A program made the position numbers and the translations under genes. A DNA stretch of 64,000 bases from Sedimentisphaerales bacterium (lineage in GTDB: Bacteria > Planctomycetota > Phycisphaerae > Sedimentisphaerales > Anaerobacaceae): contig OY970194.1 in NCBI GenBank assembly GCA_963708075.1, forward strand, positions 6,656,001 to 6,720,000. The letters run 5' to 3'. The notes under the pieces are model-generated. The model had not been told where the DNA came from, did not search any database, and was given only the letters and a program-made list of their open reading frames with translations. Below, one piece after another: positions 16,466-24,638 of the stretch (position 1 is its first letter; each line of letters opens with the position of its first letter).

Positions 16466-17677
16466 ATGGCGACATTCGTGTACAAGGCGATTGATGCACA
16501 GGGACGGCAGGTGGCGGATAAGCTCGTCGCGCCGGACCGTGCCTCGGCGATTGAGGAACTCTGTGGTAAGAGCCTCAGCCCGGTTTCCGTGGAAAGGCAG
16601 GAGGACCGCCGGACGGAGGGCCTGACCGTGCGCATCGGCCGTGTCTCCAAGGGCGAAGTCGAGGCGTTCACCCGGCAATTGGCCAATCTCCTGGCGGCGG
16701 GTGTGCCCCTGAGCCGGGCCCTGAATATCCTCAGTCGGGAAGCCACGCGACCGGCCGCCGCAAGACTCTGGGCGACCGTGCACGACCAGGTGGCAGGCGG
16801 GGCATCTTTGGCGGATACATTCGCTCAGCACCCCAAGGTGTTCTCGCCTGTGTACGTCGCCATGGTTCGCGCCGGCGAGACAGGCGGCTTTCTCGATGTT
16901 GTGCTCGAACAGATTGCCACGTTCCGCTCGCGCGAGCAGGACCTCAAAGGCAAGGTCACATCGGCCCTGATCTATCCGATGATCTTGTCGGTGCTTGCCA
17001 CCGGGATCCTGGCGTTTCTGCTGATCTACTTCATCCCGCGATTTTCGCTGATGTTTGCGGAACTCGGCGGGTCGTTGCCGACATTGACAAAGGCGATCGT
17101 GGGGGTCAGCGGGCTGGTGGTCCGTTACTGGTTCGTCCTGGTGCTTGTTGTCGCTCTGATCGTCTTCGGGATTCAGCGGGCATTGGCGCACGAGGAAGGA
17201 CGTCGCATCCTGGAGCGTGTGATGCTCCAATCGCCGTTGTTTGGCCGGGCGGTGTCGAGATTCGCCCTCGTGCGATTCTGCCGGATGCTGGGCACGCTCA
17301 TCGAGGCCGGTGTGCCGCTCGTGGCGGCCCTGCGCGTGGCCAAGGAAGCCATCGGCAACCAGGTCCTGGCGGACACGGTGGACGGTGCGATCGGGGACGT
17401 CCAGCGCGGGACTGCTTTGGCCCGCAGCCTGGAGAGCTGTCGCGTGCTATTCCCGGCTTCGGTAATCGAGATGGTTTCGGTGGCGGAGGAAAGCGGCCGG
17501 TTGGACAAAGAGCTGACCCGCCTGGCCGCCGCCTACGAGCAGGAGCTGGATCGGTACCTTAAGATGCTGGTAGCGCTGGTGGAGCCGGCCCTGCTGTTCG
17601 TCATGGCGGCGCTGGTCGGCACAATCGTCATTGGGATGATCCTGCCCATCTTCAATATGCAGGAATTGATTCGGTAA
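16466..17677 (+). CDS. gspF: Type II secretion inner-membrane platform protein GspF
   Basis: FTRQLANLLAAGVPL, MVRAGETGG, ALIYP and LVEPALL. Confidence 0.95.
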   Translation: MATFVYKAIDAQGRQVADKLVAPDRASAIEELCGKSLSPVSVERQEDRRTEGLTVRIGRVSKGEVEAFTRQLANLLAAGVPLSRALNILSREATRPAAARLWATVHDQVAGGASLADTFAQHPKVFSPVYVAMVRAGETGGFLDVVLEQIATFRSREQDLKGKVTSALIYPMILSVLATGILAFLLIYFIPRFSLMFAELGGSLPTLTKAIVGVSGLVVRYWFVLVLVVALIVFGIQRALAHEEGRRILERVMLQSPLFGRAVSRFALVRFCRMLGTLIEAGVPLVAALRVAKEAIGNQVLADTVDGAIGDVQRGTALARSLESCRVLFPASVIEMVSVAEESGRLDKELTRLAAAYEQELDRYLKMLVALVEPALLFVMAALVGTIVIGMILPIFNMQELIR

Positions 17678-17686
17678 TGGTGTTGA

Positions 17687-17863
17687 TTGCGGAGTGCGGA
17701 TTGCGGAATGCGGAATAGATTCGCAATCGCCCATCCGTGGTCGAACAACTGAGGATATGATATGAGAACATGGCTGCAGAACACCAATCGCAGAATTCGA
17801 ATGTCAGATTGCAGGTACAACTCACAGGTTCTACTCCGCACTCCGCATTCCGCAATCCGCAAT
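17687..17863. repeat. Inverted pair of heptamer tandem arrays (TGCGGA[T/G/A] at 17687-17716; complement at 17834-17863)
   Basis: ttgcggagtgcggattgcggaatgcggaat and ctccgcactccgcattccgcaatccgcaat flank the gspG start codon. Confidence 0.8.
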
Positions 17864-18277
17864 TCGTCGTCCGGCTTCACGCTGATCGAGCTGCTGCTGG
17901 TGCTGGTCATCCTGGCGACACTGGCGGCGATTGTGACGCCGAAGTTTACGAGACGCTCGGAGCAGGCGCGGATCACGGCGGCCCGAACGCAGCTCTCGTA
18001 TTTCGAGGTCGCCCTGGATGCCTTCGAGATCGACCTCGGCCGCTACCCCACGAACGCCGAGGGGCTCCGGGCCCTGGTGGAGAAACCGGCGTCGAATGCC
18101 GAGGACTGGCAACAGTCATACCTCAGGACCGACATACCGAAGGACCCCTGGGGTAATGAGTACAGCTATCGGTATCCGGGTCAGAACAACCAGGACAGCT
18201 ACGATCTGTATTCCTACGGTCCGGATGGCAAACTCGGCGGCGACGACGATATCACGAACTGGACGGAAGAACAGTGA
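17762..18277 (+). CDS. gspG: Major pseudopilin GspG
   Basis: G|FTLIELLLVLVIL prepilin site, GRYPT.EGL.AL, KDPWGNEY.YRYPG and DLYSYGPDG...DDDITNW. Confidence 0.95.
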   Translation: MRTWLQNTNRRIRMSDCRYNSQVLLRTPHSAIRNSSSGFTLIELLLVLVILATLAAIVTPKFTRRSEQARITAARTQLSYFEVALDAFEIDLGRYPTNAEGLRALVEKPASNAEDWQQSYLRTDIPKDPWGNEYSYRYPGQNNQDSYDLYSYGPDGKLGGDDDITNWTEEQ

Positions 18278-18310
18278 TACGGCGGCTTCAAGTATCGGCG
18301 GCACACGTGT

Positions 18311-18835
18311 ATGAAGATGAACACTGGACAACGCGGCGAACGACGGGCCATGACGCTCCTGGAGCTGATCCTTGTCATGGTGATCATGTCGACTGTGCTG
18401 GCGATGGCGGCGCCGTCCTTGCGGGGCTTCTTCGCCTCGCGTCGCACGGAGGACACGGCCGCGCAAATCCTCGCGTTGACCCAGTTGGCCCGCTCCCAGG
18501 CGATCTGCGAGGGCATTATTTATCGGCTCAACTTCGACACCCAGCAGCGCACCTACTGGCTGACGTCGCAGCAGGCCGGGGCTTTTGAGAAGCTCGAGAC
18601 AGGATTCGGGCGGGTCTTCACGCTCCCGAAGGATATCGAGATGGAGCTGGAAGGGATCGAGGAAGACGACAAGGACAAGTTCCTGGCGTTCACGCCCCAT
18701 GGGACAGTCACCGCGGGCACGGTCCGGCTCATCGACCGGCGGGGACAGGCCGTAGAAGTGACCTGCCCCACGGTCACCGAATCGTTCTCCGTCGTGGAAA
18801 GCGACCGCATTTATGGTCAATATATTTCGCGATAA
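18311..18835 (+). CDS. Minor pseudopilin GspH/FimT-like
   Basis: A|MTLLELILVMVIM, LARSQA and F.P.G motifs; position in the operon. Confidence 0.8.
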   Translation: MKMNTGQRGERRAMTLLELILVMVIMSTVLAMAAPSLRGFFASRRTEDTAAQILALTQLARSQAICEGIIYRLNFDTQQRTYWLTSQQAGAFEKLETGFGRVFTLPKDIEMELEGIEEDDKDKFLAFTPHGTVTAGTVRLIDRRGQAVEVTCPTVTESFSVVESDRIYGQYISR

Positions 18836-19217
18836 CCGAATGGCAGTGGGCCACCGCCGGCGCGGCTTCACGTTTATCGAGCTGCTTGCTACGGTGGTGC
18901 TCATCGCCATCATCATGCCCGTGGCGATGCGGAGCATCGGGCTGTGCACCCGGCTCGGCGGATTGTCGCGCAGGCAGATTGAGGCGGCCTCGCTGGCCAA
19001 AGCGAAAATGACCGAGCTGACCATCACGGGAGACTGGGAGAACGGAAATCAGCACGGGAGCTTCGACGAGGAGTGGCCCGGGTATGAGTGGAAGGCGGCC
19101 GTCACCAACTGGACGGATTCCACCGTACGCCAGCTTGACCTGACGGTGCTCTGGGAATCGATGGGCCGACAGCGGACAGTCACGTTAAGTACACTGGTCT
19201 ATCCGGAGGAGAACTGA
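18813..19217 (+). CDS. Minor pseudopilin GspI-like
   Basis: RRG|FTFIELLATVVLIAII; size and position. Confidence 0.8.
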   Translation: MVNIFRDNRMAVGHRRRGFTFIELLATVVLIAIIMPVAMRSIGLCTRLGGLSRRQIEAASLAKAKMTELTITGDWENGNQHGSFDEEWPGYEWKAAVTNWTDSTVRQLDLTVLWESMGRQRTVTLSTLVYPEEN

Positions 19218-19218
19218 C

Positions 19219-20017
19219 GTGACGATCCATCCAAACGATCCCCGCCTATCTCCGGTACGAAATTGCGGATTGCGGATTGCGGATTGCGGATTCGCATCGG
19301 GAGTCTCTTTCAATCCGAAATCCGAAATCCGAAATCCGAAATCGGAAGGGGGCTTCACGCTCCTGGAGATGCTGGTGGCGATGGTGCTGATGGTGGTCGT
19401 CGCCTCGTGCCTGTACACGGCGTTGTACACGGGTTTTCGGGCGTACCGCAGCGCGCAATCTGCTGTGGAGCCCACGCTGCTGGCGATCAACGCCATTGAG
19501 CTGCTGAAAGAGGACATCGACGGCGTTCTGCCGCCCGGCAGCCATCTGGCCGGCTCGTTCATAGGCACGGATGCACCGGGCACGAAAGGCGTGGACGCCG
19601 ACAGTCTCGAATTCTATACGACGCACATCTACGCGGAAGAGGAGCAGTTGATGGGCGGTATCGGGAAGATCGAGCTGCTCCTGGAGAACCGACCCCAACA
19701 GCAAGGACGGCAGCTACATGCTCGTCCGCCGGCTGATGACGAATCTGCTGGCCCCGAAGGAGGTCCAGGCGGAGGAGTACGTCCTCTGCCGCCGGGTGGT
19801 GTCCATGAACCTCCGCTACTTCGACGGCTATAGTTGGGTGGATGAGTGGGACTCGACGGCCGACGCCAACAGCCTGCCCCGGGCCGTGGAGGTCGATATC
19901 GAGATCGCGCACAACGGCAAGAAGGGCACGGAAGAGCCGCTCAAACGCCGGCTCGTCCAGAGCTTCGCCCTGCCATGCCAGACCGCCGCGCAGGAGGAGA
20001 GCGAATCGACGCTATGA
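19219..20017 (+). CDS. Minor pseudopilin GspJ-like (one apparent +1 frameshift near 19688)
   Basis: GG|FTLLEMLVAM. The C-terminal LRYFDG.SW.DEWDS...LPRAVEV lies in ORF 19718-20017. Confidence 0.8.
19263..19343. repeat. Heptamer arrays (TTGCGGA)4 and (AATCCGA)4 inside the GspJ leader
   Basis: Read directly from the sequence; translated as NCGLRIADCG and NPKSEIRNPKS. Confidence 0.85.
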
Positions 20018-21519
20018 TACGTACTATGGCTGAAAACTCCGTGGCACGGGTGGCAGCGGCAAGCGCAGCTTGCCGATGGTTTGCCCATCCGCCATCGGCA
20101 AAGCCTTCGGCCTTGCCGCTGCCACCCAGATACGCAGCCATGTCGGATTCGCGCCGCGCGGGCATTCCGCATTCCGCACTCCGTACTCCGCAATCGGGAA
20201 CGGTTCTCATCGTCACCATCTGGGTCGTTCTGGTGCTGGCGGGGCTGGCGCTGGTGTTCGCGCAGTCGATGCGGGTGGCGGTGGCGGTTTCGGCCAATCA
20301 CGTCGCCTCTCTGCAGGCCGAGTGCCTTGCCGCGGGCGCCCTGGAATACCTCGTGGCCAAGCTCAGCGCGGGCACGCAGGAGCAGGGGACCTCCACTGAG
20401 ACGACCGACTCCTACACGGCGTTGCAGGTGGGGGAGGGCTATTTCTGGATTCTTCGCTCGAACCTGGAGAGCGACCGGGAATTCGATTACGGCCTGGTCA
20501 ACGAGTCGAACAAGATCAATCTGAATTCCGCCTCGCAGGAGATGCTGCAGCGGCTGCCCGGCATGACCGCGGAGCTGGCCGCCTCGATCATCGACTGGCG
20601 GGACAGCGACAGCGAGGTCACCACCGGCGGGGCCGAGGACGAGTACTATCTCCTGCAATCGAACGCCTACCACTGCAAGAACGCATCGCTGGAGACCGTG
20701 AACGAGATTCTCCTGATCAAAGGCGCCTCAGAGGAATTGCTCTACGGCGAGGACACGAACCTCAACGGCGTCCTCGATGACTGTGAGAACGACGGGGATC
20801 TGAGCGATCCGCCGGACAATCAGAACGGCCGTCTGGACGCCGGATTCTACGACTACGTCACCGTCTACAGTGTGGAGGCCAACGTGGACAGCCAGGGCAG
20901 TGCCCGCGTCAACATCAATTCCGCCACGGCCCGCGGTGATTTGCGGAACACGTTGCAGAAGGCGGTCTCGGAGGAGCGGGCCCTGGAGATCATGGGCCTG
21001 GTCCCCACCACCCCGGACTACACCAACATTATCGACTTTTACTTCCGCACGAGCATGAAGCCCGAGGAATTCTCGCAGGTCGCCGATCTGCTCACGACGA
21101 GCGACCAGCAGACTCTTCCCGGGCTGGTGAACGTGAACACCGCCCCCAAGGCGGTGCTCCTGTGCCTGCCGGGGCTGGAGGAGAGCGACGTCGAGGCACT
21201 GCTCTCCTACCGCAGCGCGAACAGCGACAAGCTCACGTCGATCGCCTGGGTGGCGCAGGCGCTGGATCGGGAAAAGGCCGTCGGCATCGGCAGCTACATC
21301 ACCATTCGCTCGTCGCAGTACTCCGCCGACATCGTCTGCCTTTCCGGCAACGGGCGGGCGTACAAGCGATACAAGGCGGTCATTGACACGCAGGAGACAC
21401 CGCCCCGGGTGGTGTACTGGAAGACGTTGACTCGGTTCGGCTGGCCCCTGGACCCGCAGATTGTGGCAGCCCTGCGCAAGGGCGAGCCCCTGACCAGCGT
21501 GGTGTTGAGCATGAATTAG
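20014..21519 (+). CDS. gspK: Minor pseudopilin GspK-like (start at 20014 or 20140)
   Basis: G|TVLIVTIWVV, ESNKINLN, IIDWRDSD, E.LLIKG and VNVNTAP..VL.CLPG helix-hairpin-helix motifs. Confidence 0.85.
   Translation: MIRTMAENSVARVAAASAACRWFAHPPSAKPSALPLPPRYAAMSDSRRAGIPHSALRTPQSGTVLIVTIWVVLVLAGLALVFAQSMRVAVAVSANHVASLQAECLAAGALEYLVAKLSAGTQEQGTSTETTDSYTALQVGEGYFWILRSNLESDREFDYGLVNESNKINLNSASQEMLQRLPGMTAELAASIIDWRDSDSEVTTGGAEDEYYLLQSNAYHCKNASLETVNEILLIKGASEELLYGEDTNLNGVLDDCENDGDLSDPPDNQNGRLDAGFYDYVTVYSVEANVDSQGSARVNINSATARGDLRNTLQKAVSEERALEIMGLVPTTPDYTNIIDFYFRTSMKPEEFSQVADLLTTSDQQTLPGLVNVNTAPKAVLLCLPGLEESDVEALLSYRSANSDKLTSIAWVAQALDREKAVGIGSYITIRSSQYSADIVCLSGNGRAYKRYKAVIDTQETPPRVVYWKTLTRFGWPLDPQIVAALRKGEPLTSVVLSMN
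20048..20127. repeat. 80-bp multi-arm palindromic element (family C, GGGTGGCA...TGCCACCC)
   Basis: Near-identical inverted copy at 50944-51023, half copy at 49345-49386, diverged copy at 60036-60124. Confidence 0.85.
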
Positions 21520-21530
21520 GATTCTACAAG

Positions 21531-23168
21531 ATGGAGATCAGGCGTACGTTAGAAAAGTGGTTGATGCGCAGCCGGTTAGACGCGGCATTCAAGGAAATCC
21601 GAAAGCGGGTTTCCTCGAAGACCGTGGAAAAGTGGTTGATGTACAGCCGGTTAGACGGGGTATATAAGAAGATTCGAACACGGATTTCCTCGAAGGACAT
21701 ACCCCTGCTCTCCACTTTGGAAAATGCCTATCGCCAGCATATGATGAAGGGCGGCGCGCGGCACATCCTGGGGCTGGCGATTGACGACAGCGGCGCCGTC
21801 GCGACGGAGCTGTACATCCAGTCGGGCCGTGCTGAAGTCCGAGCCGTAGGCGAACTCTCCTGGGAAAAGGACTTCACGCCGGATAACGCCAAGGAGCTGG
21901 GCGGTCAGCTTCACCGCTTCCTGCGAGAGGGCGGATTCTCCGCCAACCGCGTGGCGATTGGCCTGGCGGCCAAGTGGGTGCTGGCCAAGGAGATCGAAAC
22001 ACCTCCGGCGACCCCAGAGGCTCTGGCCGGCATGCTCAGCATCCAGGCGGAGCGGGCCTTCTCCCTGAACGCCGACGAGATGATCTTCGACTACTGCGGC
22101 AAAGCCGGCACTTCTCAGAAGAACCAGGTTCTGTTGCTGGCCGCGCCGCGGCAGATTGTCAACCAGATCAAGGCGATCACCGATGCTGCCGGGCTGCGTG
22201 CCCAGTCCGTGACTGTCTCTGCCCTGGCCTGCGGCGGGGCATCGTGTGATGCCGATCCGACGTACCGACTCGGGTTATATGCCCGACCGACGTACTGTGA
22301 GTTCTGGGGACAGTCGGATGGCAGCCCGCGATTTGTCAAGCATGTAGCGATAGGGCAGGATGGGACGCCGGCCGGCTACGCGGACCTGCTGAGCTCCACG
22401 ATCCAACGGCTGGTGCTGTTGTCCTCAGGGCAGGACCAGTTGCCGCCGTACCGGATCATGGCCTACGATACCTGCGGACTGGCGGACGACGTTCTCCATC
22501 GTGTCAACGAGCGGCTCCAACCCCAAATCACGATGCATGACGGCTGTGCCGGCGTGTTGGCCGGGGGACTCGAATGTGCCGATCCTTCGCAGGCCATCCG
22601 CTCGATTGCCGCCATCGCCGTCGCTCTACCCGACGTTCGAGGGGACCGGCCCGCAGTGGATTTCCTGAATTCGCGCCTTGGAGCCGCGCGACGCACAGGA
22701 TACAAACGTGCGATCACTTGGGCCGCCGGCATCGCCGCCGTCTGTCTCATCGGCCTGGGCATCCTCCTGCTGGATTGGCGAAGCGACAGGAAGGACATCA
22801 CTGCCTATACCGCACAACTGAAGCAGATGGGGCCGGATATCGCCGTGGCCCGGGAGATCGTGGACCGTGGCTCCTATGCCCGCAGTTGGACCTCCAGCGA
22901 CCCGCGGTTCCTCAATTGCCTGCGGGAGCTGACCACGGCGTTCCCCGATGAGCCCAGCGTTTGGGCCACCAGCCTGGCCCTCAACGAGAGCGGCACGGGT
23001 CTGCTGGTCGGCAAGACCACCAGTGAGTCGAGCTTCTATGAAGTCCTCGACAAGATCAAAGAGAACAAGGCGTTCTCCGACGTCAAGATGATCCACATCC
23101 GCTACGCAGGCAGGGATTCCCGGGAGAAGGAATTCGCCGTCAACTTCAAATTCGAAAGCGTGAAATAG
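21531..23168 (+). CDS. GspL/PilM-PilN-like assembly protein
   Basis: Actin-like cytoplasmic domain (ILGLAID), TM segment, PilN-like periplasmic end; position after gspK. Confidence 0.75.
   Translation: MEIRRTLEKWLMRSRLDAAFKEIRKRVSSKTVEKWLMYSRLDGVYKKIRTRISSKDIPLLSTLENAYRQHMMKGGARHILGLAIDDSGAVATELYIQSGRAEVRAVGELSWEKDFTPDNAKELGGQLHRFLREGGFSANRVAIGLAAKWVLAKEIETPPATPEALAGMLSIQAERAFSLNADEMIFDYCGKAGTSQKNQVLLLAAPRQIVNQIKAITDAAGLRAQSVTVSALACGGASCDADPTYRLGLYARPTYCEFWGQSDGSPRFVKHVAIGQDGTPAGYADLLSSTIQRLVLLSSGQDQLPPYRIMAYDTCGLADDVLHRVNERLQPQITMHDGCAGVLAGGLECADPSQAIRSIAAIAVALPDVRGDRPAVDFLNSRLGAARRTGYKRAITWAAGIAAVCLIGLGILLLDWRSDRKDITAYTAQLKQMGPDIAVAREIVDRGSYARSWTSSDPRFLNCLRELTTAFPDEPSVWATSLALNESGTGLLVGKTTSESSFYEVLDKIKENKAFSDVKMIHIRYAGRDSREKEFAVNFKFESVK
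21552..21695 (+). repeat. 75-bp in-frame tandem duplication at the GspL N-terminus
   Basis: GAAAAGTGGTTGATG...AGCCGGTTAGACG...TTTCCTCGAAG starts at 21552 and again at 21627. Confidence 0.85.
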
Positions 23169-23170
23169 GC

Positions 23171-23767
23171 ATGGTTCTATCGAAACGTGAACGCATGATC
23201 GCTGTTGTGACCTTGTTGGCGGTGGGCGCCCTTGTGCTGGACAAGGCTGTGCTCAGCCCCGGCTGGCGCCGGCTGCAGGCCACTGAGAACGAGAAGCAGG
23301 AATTGCGGGCTCAGTTCATCGAGGCGCAAAATCTGCTTGAACGCCGCGAGCAGTTGGAGCAGAAGAGGTCGAAGGGAAAACTGTCCGACGCCCTGCGCAG
23401 CGATGCGGAGGCGGAAAGTCAGGTGACTCGGGCGCTGGACGACTGGGCTGGGAACACGCAGTTGACGCTCACGTCGGTCAAGCCCGAGCGCGTAGCCGGT
23501 GACAAAAGACTGCAGGAGATGACGTTCGTGGTGGCCGGCAGGGGGCGGCTTGATGCCGTGGCGCAGTTCCTCTACGAGGTCGAGACGTCCGTGCTGCCGA
23601 TCAAGGTCAAGGACATGCAGCTTGGCTCGTCCGGCGAATCCGGCGACAACATGTCCCTGCAGCTCACCCTGTCCGCCCTGTATTTGGGGGCGGCCCCCAA
23701 GTCGTCGCAAGAGCCGTCACAGCCAAAGCAGCAAGAGGCAAACGATGAAGAGCAAGTCTTACAATAG
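23171..23767 (+). CDS. GspM/PilO-like protein
   Basis: LSKRER followed by a TM, coiled coil and a ferredoxin-like end (FLYEVE). Confidence 0.75.
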   Translation: MVLSKRERMIAVVTLLAVGALVLDKAVLSPGWRRLQATENEKQELRAQFIEAQNLLERREQLEQKRSKGKLSDALRSDAEAESQVTRALDDWAGNTQLTLTSVKPERVAGDKRLQEMTFVVAGRGRLDAVAQFLYEVETSVLPIKVKDMQLGSSGESGDNMSLQLTLSALYLGAAPKSSQEPSQPKQQEANDEEQVLQ

Positions 23768-24584
23768 GACCATAATTGTCAGCCTTCTGATGGCCACGAT
23801 CACGCTGGGCGCGATGCTGTGGCCCACGACCGGCCGCAGTCAGAGCTCGAGCCGGCGGGACCGTGTTCGTCGGGACACGTCCTCCCGCTTCAGCTCATCG
23901 AGAAGCGAACGGACTGTTCAACGGGCTTCCGAGCAGAAGGTTGCAGTGACGAAACCGGTCGAGCCGAATGCCGCGGCGAAAGTAGAAGCGGTGATGAATC
24001 CGGACGAAGTCGGCCCGTCCGTAGCGAGTGATGCAGAGGAGGAGACGGGGCCTTGGGCCAAGTACAGGGTCATTCTGCAAAGGAATATCTTCTCCCGGCA
24101 GCGCACCGCGTACCGGCCGAGAGACCGCAACAGTGCGTTGCAGGTGGTGGCGGCGCCGAATCCGGAGACTCACTTTGTCCTCAGAGGGATTGCCCAGGAG
24201 GACAACCAGGTCATCGCGTTCGTCGAGGACACGCAGGACGGCGGGGTGTTGCGGTTACGCCAGGGCGATCGCGTCGCACGCGGCGCCATCAAGGCCCTGA
24301 GCCTGGATGCGCTGGAGTACCAACTGGAGGACAAAACGATCAGCATTAGACTGGGGTACGACCTGGAGGGCGTGCGTTCACCGGTGGCCGTGACATTGGA
24401 TGAAGTGTCCATTATGCCACAGGCACCCGCGCCGGCGCAGACGCCCGCACCGGCACTGACAGCAGCGCCGGCCGGCCAGCCGACACAAACACGGCCCCAG
24501 CCACAAACGTCCGCCCCTGCGGGCAATGAGGCCGACATTCTCAAGCGACTTATGGAGCAGCGCAGGCAGCAGCTCGGGCAATAG
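23745..24584 (+). CDS. GspC/PilP-like hypothetical protein
   Basis: N-terminal TM, RNIF motif and HR-like L.GI...AFVED...LRQGDRV; sits immediately upstream of the secretin. Confidence 0.6.
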   Translation: MKSKSYNRTIIVSLLMATITLGAMLWPTTGRSQSSSRRDRVRRDTSSRFSSSRSERTVQRASEQKVAVTKPVEPNAAAKVEAVMNPDEVGPSVASDAEEETGPWAKYRVILQRNIFSRQRTAYRPRDRNSALQVVAAPNPETHFVLRGIAQEDNQVIAFVEDTQDGGVLRLRQGDRVARGAIKALSLDALEYQLEDKTISIRLGYDLEGVRSPVAVTLDEVSIMPQAPAPAQTPAPALTAAPAGQPTQTRPQPQTSAPAGNEADILKRLMEQRRQQLGQ

Positions 24585-24638
24585 CGTCCCGGGGCTGCGA
24601 GCTTGCGTGGTCATCGAAATACACAGGAGACAACATCG

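Noticed and set aside
18311..18400. Non-canonical A|MTLLE prepilin site in the GspH-like protein
   Set aside because: Ala at -1 and Met at +1 are known tolerated variants.
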